The notes under the pieces: model-generated | The model's database searches: none | Told to the model about the DNA's origin: nothing | The model's input: only the letters and a program-made list of their open reading frames with translations | Source of the DNA: an uncultured bacterium | GTDB taxonomy: Bacteria; Chloroflexota; UBA5177; JANWHV01 | DNA: 64,000 bases | Assembly (NCBI GenBank): GCA_963827235.1 | Contig: CAWHAE010000017.1 | Location: forward strand, 128,001-192,000 | Reading direction: 5' to 3' | In this document: one piece after another, positions 41,570-51,356 of the stretch | Layout of the letters: each line of letters starts with the position of its first letter | Position numbering within the stretch: the first letter of the stretch is position 1 | Program-made: the position numbers and the translations under genes

Positions 41570-43830
41570 ACCACGATCCCCGCGCCAAGTGCCGCTGGCG
41601 TAAACGTGCCGACCGCGCGCCCGTTCACCGAGACAGCGAGCGCTCGCTCGGAGAGCACGACAAGACGGCGCACGGCGGACTCGGCGAAGGCAGCCCGGAT
41701 GGTCACATCCAGCTCATGCTCTGCCAGGCGCACGCTGTCGACCGTACAGCCGTCGATGCCCACGCCCCAGCCGGCGCGCGCGTCGACGAACGCGGCACCG
41801 TAGCGCGACCGAGCAAACACTACCGAGCTGACGGCAGATCCAGTGCCCCAGTGGATGCCGGTACAGGAGCCGTGGACATCGTCGAGGTTGTGAGACCAGT
41901 TCTCGTAGGGGGCCACCGGGAAAGTGGCACGGAGAGCCGCCACGCCGCGCTCGAAGTACTCCCGCGAGCCGGTCTGATCATAGTAGGCGAAGTAAAGATC
42001 GGCCGCGTAGCACTGGCGAGCGTCACTCCACTCGCCGTCCGTATTCTGTGTGCCGAAGCCGCCCAGGAGGTTAGGCGTCATCCAGGGCGGCGACCACGCC
42101 TGCTGGAAGAGCGATAAGTAGTCTACCAACCGCTCCCCGTCCGCCAGCGCCTGCGCATCGCCCGTGGCCCGGTGCAGGAGCAGGAACGCAAGACATGCCT
42201 GCATGAGCGACAGGTTGTTCTGCGGCAGCTGGTCGGTGTGAGCGCAGACGAAATCCACAGGCTTGGGCGAGCAGGAGAAGAAGGTCTCGAAGTCGAACCA
42301 GCGATTGGCCGGCATCACCTCTTTGCGTATGTACGTCATGGCCCTGCAGGCTGCGTCGAGATAGCCGGGCTCCGCCGTGACCGCATTGAGACGGAGCAGG
42401 AAGACAGCGCAGCCTGCCGTCTCGGCATTGTCGTCGTACAGGTAGCGGTGGTTGGGAGTCAGGTCGCCGTCATAATAGGATGGGATGCAGCCGGAGACCA
42501 GCTGGCTGCGCACCAGGAAGTCGCCTAGGGCCCGGCAGCGCGAAAGAATCCGTTTCTCACTGCCTTGCAGCTCGTCGTGCCAGGCCAGAAGCCAGTAACC
42601 TGTCCAGCACATGTCGAAGCTGTGGTACCAGTTTGGCAGGCCCGCCCAGGTGTTATCTTTCTCCCAGTAGAGAGAAGCCTTGGCCGCATCCCAGTATGCT
42701 ACAACGGGAAACGCTCCACCGCGCTGGGGTGCCAGCAGGCACAGGTTCAAGACGCGCCTGGCGCGGGCGGCAAGACCCGTGTCTTCGTGCTCCTTGCCGC
42801 TGCGATACATCGCAAGTGCTGTACGCAAAGACTGGAACCAGTGGTTGAACCAGCCGTCCGGCAATGTCGGATGCCATAGCCGACCGGGCACAAACTCCCG
42901 ATCGCTCGAAAGGTCACCAATTTCCAGACCATCGACGTCCGCCTGCCACCAGCACCGTTCACCGCACTCGTGCCACGCGTGCCGCTCCCACTGATCGAAG
43001 GTGCGGAGCTGCTGCTCTGGATGGGCACGCAACGCCGGGGCAAGATGCTGACGGTAGTAGTAGCGTGCGACCGGGCGATGAAAAGACATCGGCTCCGCCC
43101 GCGCGCTTCCCATCAGGATATAGCCATACACGAGCTCGCAGTTCGAGACTGCCACCGCGGTGCCGGGACGATGCGCGTAGTAGACGTGGCCGCGACTCTG
43201 CCAGTCCAGGAAGCCGTACTCCACGATCGGAAATGCTCCGGCCCGCACGTCGTAGTTGAGTGCGGTCTTGATCCGGCGCTGAGGTGCGGTCTTGAGCAGC
43301 TCGATGTCTGGCAGGAACCCAAATGCGAGCGCATCGTGCTGCAGAATCGCGGCGGGAGCGTGGAAGCGGTGGTCGCCGATCACATCGTCGTCGAGCGGCC
43401 GCAGGTTCGGCGTATACACCAGGTCCAGCGGCCTGATTGCCGCGTACTCCCGGCCGGCCGGGGCAAACAGGTAGCGGCTGCGCAAAGACTCCAGATCGAC
43501 CTGGTCCTCGACGCGCAGGCGCACCTGCACCCGTATGCAGTCGTCGGATGATTGCCATACGACTTGCGCCGGCATGGCCCCGGCGTGCGCGTGCAGCAGG
43601 ACCCGCCCGGCCTGCTCGACCCACCGATCGGGCACGATCGGCACCTCACGCGGGGAGCCCGCGCTCAGCGCCGACAGGAGCAGCGACTGGATGCCGGGGC
43701 GCCCGGGATCCGAGCGCGCTAGACCAATCCACCGTTCGCCGTCGTACGCGGCGAGACATTCCTCTACGCCGCCAGTGACTGCCCGCCATTCGAGACGCAG
43801 GTCACCGGCCTCCAGCCTCAGTGGTTGCAC
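41566..43830 (-). CDS. Uncharacterised 754-aa protein, putative (alpha/alpha)6-barrel glycosidase-like
   Basis: Repeated helical hairpins with aromatic loops (LVRSQLVSG, YLDAACRAMTY, DGEWSDARQ, YFERGVAALRA); translationally coupled in the operon. Confidence 0.6.
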   Translation of the reverse strand: MQPLRLEAGDLRLEWRAVTGGVEECLAAYDGERWIGLARSDPGRPGIQSLLLSALSAGSPREVPIVPDRWVEQAGRVLLHAHAGAMPAQVVWQSSDDCIRVQVRLRVEDQVDLESLRSRYLFAPAGREYAAIRPLDLVYTPNLRPLDDDVIGDHRFHAPAAILQHDALAFGFLPDIELLKTAPQRRIKTALNYDVRAGAFPIVEYGFLDWQSRGHVYYAHRPGTAVAVSNCELVYGYILMGSARAEPMSFHRPVARYYYRQHLAPALRAHPEQQLRTFDQWERHAWHECGERCWWQADVDGLEIGDLSSDREFVPGRLWHPTLPDGWFNHWFQSLRTALAMYRSGKEHEDTGLAARARRVLNLCLLAPQRGGAFPVVAYWDAAKASLYWEKDNTWAGLPNWYHSFDMCWTGYWLLAWHDELQGSEKRILSRCRALGDFLVRSQLVSGCIPSYYDGDLTPNHRYLYDDNAETAGCAVFLLRLNAVTAEPGYLDAACRAMTYIRKEVMPANRWFDFETFFSCSPKPVDFVCAHTDQLPQNNLSLMQACLAFLLLHRATGDAQALADGERLVDYLSLFQQAWSPPWMTPNLLGGFGTQNTDGEWSDARQCYAADLYFAYYDQTGSREYFERGVAALRATFPVAPYENWSHNLDDVHGSCTGIHWGTGSAVSSVVFARSRYGAAFVDARAGWGVGIDGCTVDSVRLAEHELDVTIRAAFAESAVRRLVVLSERALAVSVNGRAVGTFTPAALGAGIVV

Positions 43831-43839
43831 GAGGCTCCC

Positions 43840-44772
43840 TCACTCCTTCACCGCTCCGGCGGCCAGGCCCCGGACTATATGGCGGTCGGCAAACACGATC
43901 AACAGTATGGGGATGATGCAGCTCAGCACGCAAACGCACATGAGCTGCCCCCATTGTGGGCTCTGGGAGACCGCCCCAAGGTACGTGTTCAACCCGATAG
44001 TGATCGTGTAGTTGCTCGGATCACTGAGAAGGATCAGCGGGTTGAGGAAGTCGTTCCAGGACTGGAGAAAGACGAGGATCACCACGCTCACTATGCCGGG
44101 TCGAATCAGCGGGACAATCACCCGCCACAAGGTTTGCAGGTTCCCAGCCCCATCGATGCTGGCCGCGTCATCCAGCTCGGTTGGTATCTGCGCAACGAAG
44201 CTGGCGAGGATCCAGGTGGCGAATGCCGTGCCCGGGATGGCCTCGGCGAGCGAGACGCCTGGGAACGTATTGACCAACCCCAGGCTGCGGATTACAAGGT
44301 ACAGGGGAATGATCATGATGATACCACCGACCACCTGGGCGACGCGGACCCATCCGGAGAGCACCGTCGTCCACCAGAAGTGGTGCCTTGCCAGTGCAAA
44401 GGCTGCTGGAACCGATATAGCGAGCGTGATCACCACGGTCATGGTGGCAATCGTCACGCTGTTACGCACGTTGGTTGGATAGCTCGTCTGAACCAAGTTG
44501 TTCCCGAGCAACGCGTAACGGTAGTTCTCCATCGTGGGGTACTTGGGCCAGATAGAGGGAAAGCCTGTGAGTATCTCGGATAGCGACTTGAATGACCCGG
44601 AAACCATATAGACGAACGGGAACAGCGCGAAGGCCGCAAAGAAGACCATCCCCACGGCCACGATAATCCCGTCGAGCAACGTCAAGGGCTTGATCCGCCT
44701 GTGCCATGGGCGGCCCGACGCAAGGCGCACCTCTGGGTCCAGGCTCCCGGTGTCGGCAGCGCGATGTATCAT
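43840..44772 (-). CDS. Carbohydrate ABC transporter permease
   Basis: IPTELDDAASIDGA; GLAAGAVKE. Confidence 0.92.
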   Translation of the reverse strand: MIHRAADTGSLDPEVRLASGRPWHRRIKPLTLLDGIIVAVGMVFFAAFALFPFVYMVSGSFKSLSEILTGFPSIWPKYPTMENYRYALLGNNLVQTSYPTNVRNSVTIATMTVVITLAISVPAAFALARHHFWWTTVLSGWVRVAQVVGGIIMIIPLYLVIRSLGLVNTFPGVSLAEAIPGTAFATWILASFVAQIPTELDDAASIDGAGNLQTLWRVIVPLIRPGIVSVVILVFLQSWNDFLNPLILLSDPSNYTITIGLNTYLGAVSQSPQWGQLMCVCVLSCIIPILLIVFADRHIVRGLAAGAVKE

Positions 44773-44780
44773 GCTCCCGC

Positions 44781-45686
44781 CTACGACGCTTTGCGGCTGA
44801 TATATCGAGACAGAAAGAAGGCGACCAAGATCGGCACAAGTAGCATGTCACCCACGGCTGCAGCCCGGCCCAGCAAGCCGCTGGAGAGATCGAAGTAGGC
44901 GTAGATCGTGGGAATCATGAACAGCGCACCCGCGGTGTTGCCTCCAGCCCCAGACCCGCTCAAGGCGTAGTAGGCGTCAAAGGCCAACAACTGCCCGGCG
45001 AACGACAGCGGGATGATCGCCGCCAGCATTACTCTGGTGCCGGGCAGGGTGACGAACCAGAAGCGACCAAACCGCCCGGCCCCGTCAATTGCCACCGCTT
45101 CGTAGAGATCCGCGGGAATGCCCTGCAAGGCTGCCAGGATGAGCAGGGTAACAAAGGGCAGGCCAAGCCAAACACCGACAAGTGCGATCCAGAAGACCCC
45201 CCACTGTGGATCTGTAGGCAGATACTGCGCGCTGGACTCTAGATGCAGCCTCAGCAAGAGCCCGTTCATCGCCCCCGAGCTGGGGTCGTACAGATACCTC
45301 CATATTTGTCCCCCTACCAAAGGCGGAATGGCCATCGGCAGGAGCACAACCGTGCGGAGCACACGCCGAAGCGGAATTCGGCGATTGAGCAATAGCGCAA
45401 GCAGATAGCCGAGCACGTAGGTGATAGCGACGACGAAGGCGCCCACCAGCATGATACGCCTCAGGCCATCCGTGAAATCGGAATCCTCCCAGATGCGCTC
45501 GAAGTTGCTGGAACCCATGAATCGCAACGGAACGTTACCAAACGTACCGCCAATGCGGTAGTTGGTCAGCCCCATGTAAATGCTCTCGCCGATCGGATAC
45601 AGGCTCAGTCCTGCGGCCAGCAGCGTAATCGGGACCACCAACAAGATGGCCTGACGCTGCCGGCCGCGAGGAATGACACGCAGCAT
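44781..45686 (-). CDS. Carbohydrate ABC transporter permease
   Basis: LAALQGIPADLYEAVAIDGA; AGGAGG RBS. Confidence 0.92.
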   Translation of the reverse strand: MLRVIPRGRQRQAILLVVPITLLAAGLSLYPIGESIYMGLTNYRIGGTFGNVPLRFMGSSNFERIWEDSDFTDGLRRIMLVGAFVVAITYVLGYLLALLLNRRIPLRRVLRTVVLLPMAIPPLVGGQIWRYLYDPSSGAMNGLLLRLHLESSAQYLPTDPQWGVFWIALVGVWLGLPFVTLLILAALQGIPADLYEAVAIDGAGRFGRFWFVTLPGTRVMLAAIIPLSFAGQLLAFDAYYALSGSGAGGNTAGALFMIPTIYAYFDLSSGLLGRAAAVGDMLLVPILVAFFLSRYISRKAS

Positions 45687-45782
45687 GCAACCTCCTAAAG
45701 CACACCCTGGCCGGGATTTAGGGGCCGCGGTTCATGCACCGAGGCTGGGCCCGTTTGGCCCGCTGTGCCTTGAGCCAAGAGC

Positions 45783-47135
45783 CTAATAGTTGCCGGCGGC
45801 GGTCTGCACGAAGTCGGTGCCGCTTGAGTTGACCTTGGCGACGAACTGATCGTAGGTCATCTTGCCCTGGAACACGGAGTACATCGCCGGATCCCAGTCC
45901 TTTGCTAGCATGGCAAGCCAGCCCGGGCAGAAGGGTTGTCCACCCAGATCCGGAGCCTCGCTGAGAGCGAAGTCCCAGTAATCTGTCGTGCCGACGGCCT
46001 GTTGCACCATCTGCACCGCGATACTGTTGGGCGGGATCTGGTCGGATGCCTCGCACATGGCGGCGATGTTCTCGGGCCTGCCCCACCAGGCGAGAAATTC
46101 GGCCGCTGCCTCCTTGTTCTTGGCACTGGCGGGAATGCTGAGCGTCTGCGCGGCACCGGATCCCAAGTTGCCGACCTTGCCCTTGACCATGGGCATTGCA
46201 GCCCAGTTGACGTATTGCTTGCTGCCAACTGCCGGGAACTGAGACCGCTCCCAGGCCCCGATGATCAGCATGGCGGCCTTGCCGGACAGGAAGTTGCTGA
46301 AGGGATCCGCGTTCAGCGTGCCAATGTCTGCAATCTTATCGTGAAAGAGGCCTGCCACGAACTCGATCGCTGCCTTGTCCCCGGCGTCGCTGGCATCAAT
46401 CTTGTAGTTGCCCTGACTAAAATGAATCGGATTGGCGCCGGCCTGCCAGCCTAGACCGCTCTTGAAGAAGAGCTGTGACGAGCTCCACGCGGCGACGATG
46501 CCGTAGACGCCTTTGCTGGGGTTACTCAGCTTTTGAGCATTGGTCCGCAGCTGATCCCACGTCCAGGGGTTGCTGAGGGTGGCAGGTTGGATACCGGCCT
46601 TCTGGAGCATGTCGACGTTGTAGTAGATGAGCGGCGTCTCCGTCTCATACGGCAGGCCGATCACCGCGCCTTGGCGGGTGGTGAGGGCTGAGAGGGTGCC
46701 CGGCTTGACGCCGTTCCAGGTGCTCGCCGGTAGCAGCTTCTTCAGGTCGGTAAGGAGACCGTTCTGGCCCCAAGGCACCAAGCCGGCGTCGTAATACTGG
46801 AAGACGTCGGGCACGTCGCCGCTCGAGAACGCCACGGTCATCTGGTTGGCGATCGTGCTCCAGCTGCTCTGCACGTACTGCAGTTGGACGGACGTGCTCT
46901 GGTTGTTGAACTGAGCGACCAATTGTTGATTCTTCTTGATCTCGGTACCCAGCCAGTAGAGGCCGTAGTATCGGATCGTCGTTTTCGCGAGCAGCGGGCT
47001 GCCGAGGCGTTCGGCCATCGCGCCCCGCTTGCCCAAAGCCATCGCGCCGCCCACGCCCAGGGCCGCCGCGCCCGCGTCGCGCAAGAATCCTTTGCGGCTG
47101 AGCATCGTGCTATCCTGCCCCTGATCGCCTGACAT
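45783..47135 (-). CDS. Sugar ABC transporter substrate-binding protein with Tat-like leader
   Basis: GAGGAGG RBS; SRKGFL leader; VPDVF, IYYNVDML, AAMLIIGAW. Confidence 0.88.
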   Translation of the reverse strand: MSGDQGQDSTMLSRKGFLRDAGAAALGVGGAMALGKRGAMAERLGSPLLAKTTIRYYGLYWLGTEIKKNQQLVAQFNNQSTSVQLQYVQSSWSTIANQMTVAFSSGDVPDVFQYYDAGLVPWGQNGLLTDLKKLLPASTWNGVKPGTLSALTTRQGAVIGLPYETETPLIYYNVDMLQKAGIQPATLSNPWTWDQLRTNAQKLSNPSKGVYGIVAAWSSSQLFFKSGLGWQAGANPIHFSQGNYKIDASDAGDKAAIEFVAGLFHDKIADIGTLNADPFSNFLSGKAAMLIIGAWERSQFPAVGSKQYVNWAAMPMVKGKVGNLGSGAAQTLSIPASAKNKEAAAEFLAWWGRPENIAAMCEASDQIPPNSIAVQMVQQAVGTTDYWDFALSEAPDLGGQPFCPGWLAMLAKDWDPAMYSVFQGKMTYDQFVAKVNSSGTDFVQTAAGNY

Positions 47136-47308
47136 TACCAACACCCTCCTCGTGCTCGGCAGCGCCGCTCCTTGGCGAACCGGCGCTGCAGTGTCGGCCC
47201 CGCGACGGCCCCTCCAGGCAGGCCGCCATATCATGCCACGTACTATAAAGGACAATCAGGTATGGAAGTTGACTTCTTGGCAAGCGTGTCTTGTCCTTTT
47301 GGTGGGAT

Positions 47309-48823
47309 CTAGCGTCCCGGGCGGGTTCGCATCTTGCGAGCGAAGTGGGCCGGTGTGTTGCCGGTACGGCGCTTGAATAGCCTCCAGAAATAGCTGGGAC
47401 TGTAGCCGAGAGCCATGCACACATCGGATGGTGACATGCCGGTGAATGCCAGGTATTCCTTGGCACGCTCGACACGAAGAGCGATGAGAAAATCGCTGGG
47501 CGCTTGGCCCGTTTGCGCGGCGAAGAGCTCGGCGAGGTAGTGTGGGCTGAGCGACACGGCATGAGCGACCTCTGGCACGCCGATCGGTTCTTCCAAGTGG
47601 AGCTGCATGAACTCGATGGCGCAGCTCACGATTCTCTTCTGCTGCTCCGCACGGCCTTCCAGATCGACGTGCGCGCCGTCCAGCCGGTAGACGAGGTTGG
47701 CTATGGGATTGGCGCTGAGGCCCATGAGCGTAGCGAGGCCGTCGAGCTGCTCACCGGTAAGCTGGGGCGATCGGCGGACGGCGGCACGGTACGTGGGCCA
47801 CGGAATGCCTGTACGCGCTGCAAACGCGTGGTGCCAGTGCCAGTCAAAGCCGTCACGGACGACGGCGAGGTCCGAAATCATCTCGCCCAGCACTCTGCCA
47901 CCGACGACGATCGGCGCGACAGCATGGGCCAGGGAACCGTGAAAGGTTCTGCGCACGTAGGGCTCCTGGTTGCCGCATGCTGTGCCATGGTCGTCCATCA
48001 CGTTAAAGGCATCCCAGCCCAAAGCTTCGCCGAGCAAGAACCACAGCTCGGGCTCGCCCTCATAGGAGCGGCGCTGCGCCTGCCAGGAATGTTCGTAACG
48101 CTCCTGGTCAAGGTAAAACTCCATGAGAGGCAAGCTGACCGAGAGACGGGTGAGCTTGCGCACGCTGGCCGAGAGATCCCAGACCACCTGAGGCGAGATC
48201 AGGTGAAACAGCTCCGGGACTGGAGCAGACGTGAGATATGCCGCCGGTCGTCGCCGCGAGTGATCGCGATGGTACACCGCGAGGCGCGCCAGCGAGGTGA
48301 ACTGGTCGAAGCCGCCCGGCAGGCCGATGATACGCATCTCTCTCGCGCAGACGGGCTCAAACGTCAGCTCGTGGGTCTGAAAGGGCCTCCGCCGGCCCCT
48401 GCTGTCGCCAAACGAGTAGCACGGAGTGACGTTCAGCCTCTGCACGGGCTGCCACGCCTCGCCCTCCGCACTGCGCACCTCGACCGATAGGGTGGTCCAC
48501 CAGCCGCCATTTCTGTAGGCAAAGCCCATTGTCATCTCGACGCAATTCGCCGTGACCGGCTCGGGGAAGGAGAGAGCATACCAGTCGGGTCCGCACGCCT
48601 TGTTCTGCCCATCATACGTGTCGAACGTGTGGCGCTTGTCAAAGTCGGCAAACGGATGCCCGTCGAGCTGGTGCGCTGTGTCGTTGAGCAGCACGCTGGG
48701 ATCTCTGGCGGCGCCTCCGGTTGGGTGCGAAGCAGACACGGTTATGCTTACTCCTGGCAGCAGCGCCAGGTTGTCTTCGGCGGCCGGGGGCGGGCAGATA
48801 GATGATGAATTGGACCTCGCCAT
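47309..48823 (-). CDS. AraC family regulator with a putative N-terminal beta-sandwich and PocR-like sensor
   Basis: C-terminal double HTH VSLSPHYLAELF...LGYSPSYFWRLFKRRTGNTP; central AVAPIVVGGRVLG; N-terminal DWYALSFPEP...REMRIIG. Confidence 0.82.
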   Translation of the reverse strand: MARSNSSSICPPPAAEDNLALLPGVSITVSASHPTGGAARDPSVLLNDTAHQLDGHPFADFDKRHTFDTYDGQNKACGPDWYALSFPEPVTANCVEMTMGFAYRNGGWWTTLSVEVRSAEGEAWQPVQRLNVTPCYSFGDSRGRRRPFQTHELTFEPVCAREMRIIGLPGGFDQFTSLARLAVYHRDHSRRRPAAYLTSAPVPELFHLISPQVVWDLSASVRKLTRLSVSLPLMEFYLDQERYEHSWQAQRRSYEGEPELWFLLGEALGWDAFNVMDDHGTACGNQEPYVRRTFHGSLAHAVAPIVVGGRVLGEMISDLAVVRDGFDWHWHHAFAARTGIPWPTYRAAVRRSPQLTGEQLDGLATLMGLSANPIANLVYRLDGAHVDLEGRAEQQKRIVSCAIEFMQLHLEEPIGVPEVAHAVSLSPHYLAELFAAQTGQAPSDFLIALRVERAKEYLAFTGMSPSDVCMALGYSPSYFWRLFKRRTGNTPAHFARKMRTRPGR

Positions 48824-48910
48824 GAATCGCATGCCCTCCGCGTGGTCAGCGGAACAGGTCTTGTGCAAGTGCAGGGCAGTGTTGATCGTACTCTGGAGCT
48901 TCGGGGACGA

Positions 48911-49849
48911 CTATTGATAGGCGCCGGCGCTAGCGATGAACGCCGCCAATTGTGATCGGGTTGGATACGATGGAATGGTGCCGAGCGCTGTTGTGGAATA
49001 GGCGCCAGCGGCGCAGGCGAATCCCACTGCGTCTTCCAGAGCGGCGCCTTCTGCCAGGCTCACGGCCAGCGCGGCGCTGAACGCATCGCCCGCGCCCGTC
49101 GTGTCGACGGGGTCGACGCGAATGGCCGGCACGGCGCGAGTCCCCCCGGCGCCCGAGATGTGCGCGCCCCGTGCTCCGAGAGTCAACACTACAGTCGGTA
49201 CACCACTTTGGCGCAGGGCGCTGCTCAGGACCACGGCATCGCTCGATGCCAGCCCGCTCATCACCTGGGCTTCCCAGAGATTTGGCGTCAACATGTCTAT
49301 ATGTTCCAGGCTGCCCACCGGCAGCAACTGGGCGGGTGCTGGGTTGAGAATGGTGCGCACGCCGTGGCGCCGGGCGACCGCGAGAGCGTAGACGGCGGTC
49401 TCAGGCGGTATCTCCAACTGGGACAGCACGACATCCGCCCTGGCGATCAGGTCTTCAGCCCGATCGACATCCTCAGGCGATAGCGCGTTATTCGCTCCTA
49501 GGTCCACGACGATGGCGTTGTTTCCATTGTCGTCCACGATAATGAACCCGGCGCCGGTGGCGACGTTCGGGGCTCGCCGAACATGTGAAGAATTCACGCC
49601 CTCGGCCGCATAGAGCGCCAGCGCTCGGTTCCCGTACGGATCATCGCCGACGGCTGCGACAAACGCCACCTGTGCCCCAAGTCGCGCGCAGGCAACAGCC
49701 TGGTTCGATCCCTTGCCGCCATCCATCACCTGGAAATCCCGCCCGAGCACTGTCGCCCCCGGCGCGGGAATCTGCGCGGTCCGCATCACCAATCCGACCG
49801 CGTACGAGCCTACCACGACAACTCGAGGAGCGCGTCCACCTGCCACCAT
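48911..49849 (-). CDS. rbsK: Ribokinase (PfkB family)
   Basis: GGKGSNQAVACARLG, QLEIP, NPAPA, DTTGAGDAF. Confidence 0.85.
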   Translation of the reverse strand: MVAGGRAPRVVVVGSYAVGLVMRTAQIPAPGATVLGRDFQVMDGGKGSNQAVACARLGAQVAFVAAVGDDPYGNRALALYAAEGVNSSHVRRAPNVATGAGFIIVDDNGNNAIVVDLGANNALSPEDVDRAEDLIARADVVLSQLEIPPETAVYALAVARRHGVRTILNPAPAQLLPVGSLEHIDMLTPNLWEAQVMSGLASSDAVVLSSALRQSGVPTVVLTLGARGAHISGAGGTRAVPAIRVDPVDTTGAGDAFSAALAVSLAEGAALEDAVGFACAAGAYSTTALGTIPSYPTRSQLAAFIASAGAYQ

Positions 49850-49900
49850 GCGCCGCCTTCCCTTCGACGTTAGCGCGTCAAATGTGGAAACTCACAGGCT

Positions 49901-51235
49901 TCAGGCCGAAGATGAATGCCATGCGAGGGCTTGCGCGCGCGCGACCAAGCGCTCCGCCGCGGCCTGCACGTCGGCCACCTCCTCGACGGTCGCGCTGGCG
50001 ACCGTGCTCTCCACGAGTTCCCCGCAACGATCGTGTATGCGTTCGATCGCTCCCGGGGGCTCCTGGCGAACCTCGATCAGCCTCGTGAGCCAGTGCTTAC
50101 CATATGCCGCGTGAATGCCTTCGTCGGCCCAGTCGAAATCCATATCGTGCTGGCTGATGGTGTCACCGAAGCTGCCGAATGTCGCTGCGCGCTTGGGCTT
50201 CTTGCCGATATTCTTCGTCTCGAAGAAGTGCAGCATGCCAAGCCGATAGATAGGATCCTGGTCTCGTGTGCTCTCGTAGAGGTACGAGCCTACCGGCAGC
50301 AAGTCCGGCGTGAAACCCCAGTCGCAGAGACGCCTCCAGCCCATCATGGCATGGCGGCTCTCGTCGTAGAGCCAGCGAGCCGCATCCACGACGAACTCCC
50401 ATCCCAGATCGCCAGCGAAAGCTCCCAGGATCGCTCCCGCATTTTCCACTGCCCAGACTTCGTTCAAGTGGCTCACGGCGCTCCGCAGCTGAAGGCGGAT
50501 GCCTTCGCCGTAGGGATAGTTCGGATCGACGTTGTCGGGCCAGTAAAAGCGCCCGAGGTGAAAGCGCGGGTCGCGCGCAGGAACCTGGACCAGCGCGAAT
50601 GGCTTCCTGCCCGGCAATGGCGCCACCTCTACGGGTGCCGGGGCGTCGAGCCCAGCACCGCCTACGGCCGACATGCGGGCGGCGATCGCGTCGCGCCAGG
50701 CCTCGGCCGTGCCACGTTGCGCAGGGTACTCGCGAAGCATGGCATCGACAAGGGGCACCAGTTGGGCACTTTGCCGCTCTTTCTCACGCAGTGCCACCTC
50801 GAGGAAACGCCTGGACGGACCGTCGCCCAGGTCGTCGGCGACTGCGAGATAGGCGGCGTAGGCATCGCGGAGCGCGGGAATGAGCACGCTGGACACGGCG
50901 ACGAGGAACGCCCCGGCCGACGGCGCGTGCCGCGCCTCTTCGAAGATCGAGACGAGTGGTGCGTCGTCGCCGATCTCCATCAGCCGACTGGGATAGCGCA
51001 GCTCGAACACGCGCTGGCGGAGCTCATTGGCTGCCAGCGCATTCTCCCAGACGAATCGCGGCAGGAGCATCTTGATATCGTGCGCCGCGACGCCGGCCAG
51101 CCATCCCGCCAGGCCGCGAATCAATGCTTCCTCACAGAAGAAGAAGCGCTTGAGAATGCTGCCGGTATCGAGGCGCATGAGCCTGCCGCGGGTGCCTTGG
51201 CTGCGCAAATAGGCGGGACTTGCCGGGGTAAACAT
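49901..51235 (-). CDS. DUF455-like ferritin-fold protein with two helical bundles
   Basis: C-terminal bundle HLNEVWAVE...DESRH...FET...WADEGIH; GGGGAG RBS. Confidence 0.75.
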   Translation of the reverse strand: MFTPASPAYLRSQGTRGRLMRLDTGSILKRFFFCEEALIRGLAGWLAGVAAHDIKMLLPRFVWENALAANELRQRVFELRYPSRLMEIGDDAPLVSIFEEARHAPSAGAFLVAVSSVLIPALRDAYAAYLAVADDLGDGPSRRFLEVALREKERQSAQLVPLVDAMLREYPAQRGTAEAWRDAIAARMSAVGGAGLDAPAPVEVAPLPGRKPFALVQVPARDPRFHLGRFYWPDNVDPNYPYGEGIRLQLRSAVSHLNEVWAVENAGAILGAFAGDLGWEFVVDAARWLYDESRHAMMGWRRLCDWGFTPDLLPVGSYLYESTRDQDPIYRLGMLHFFETKNIGKKPKRAATFGSFGDTISQHDMDFDWADEGIHAAYGKHWLTRLIEVRQEPPGAIERIHDRCGELVESTVASATVEEVADVQAAAERLVARAQALAWHSSSA

Positions 51236-51356
51236 CTGCGATCTCCCCAACCTGCCTCGGTTGCTCAGGCAGTTCCAATGATACACTCCAACTATCGTAC
51301 GTATGATAGGACAACGCGCCGTACCGGACTCGCCGTGCCGGGAAGCAACCGAGTGA

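Noticed and set aside
9680-47135. Missing ATPase genes in three sugar ABC operons
   Set aside because: Normal for CUT1 importers that share an ATPase encoded elsewhere.
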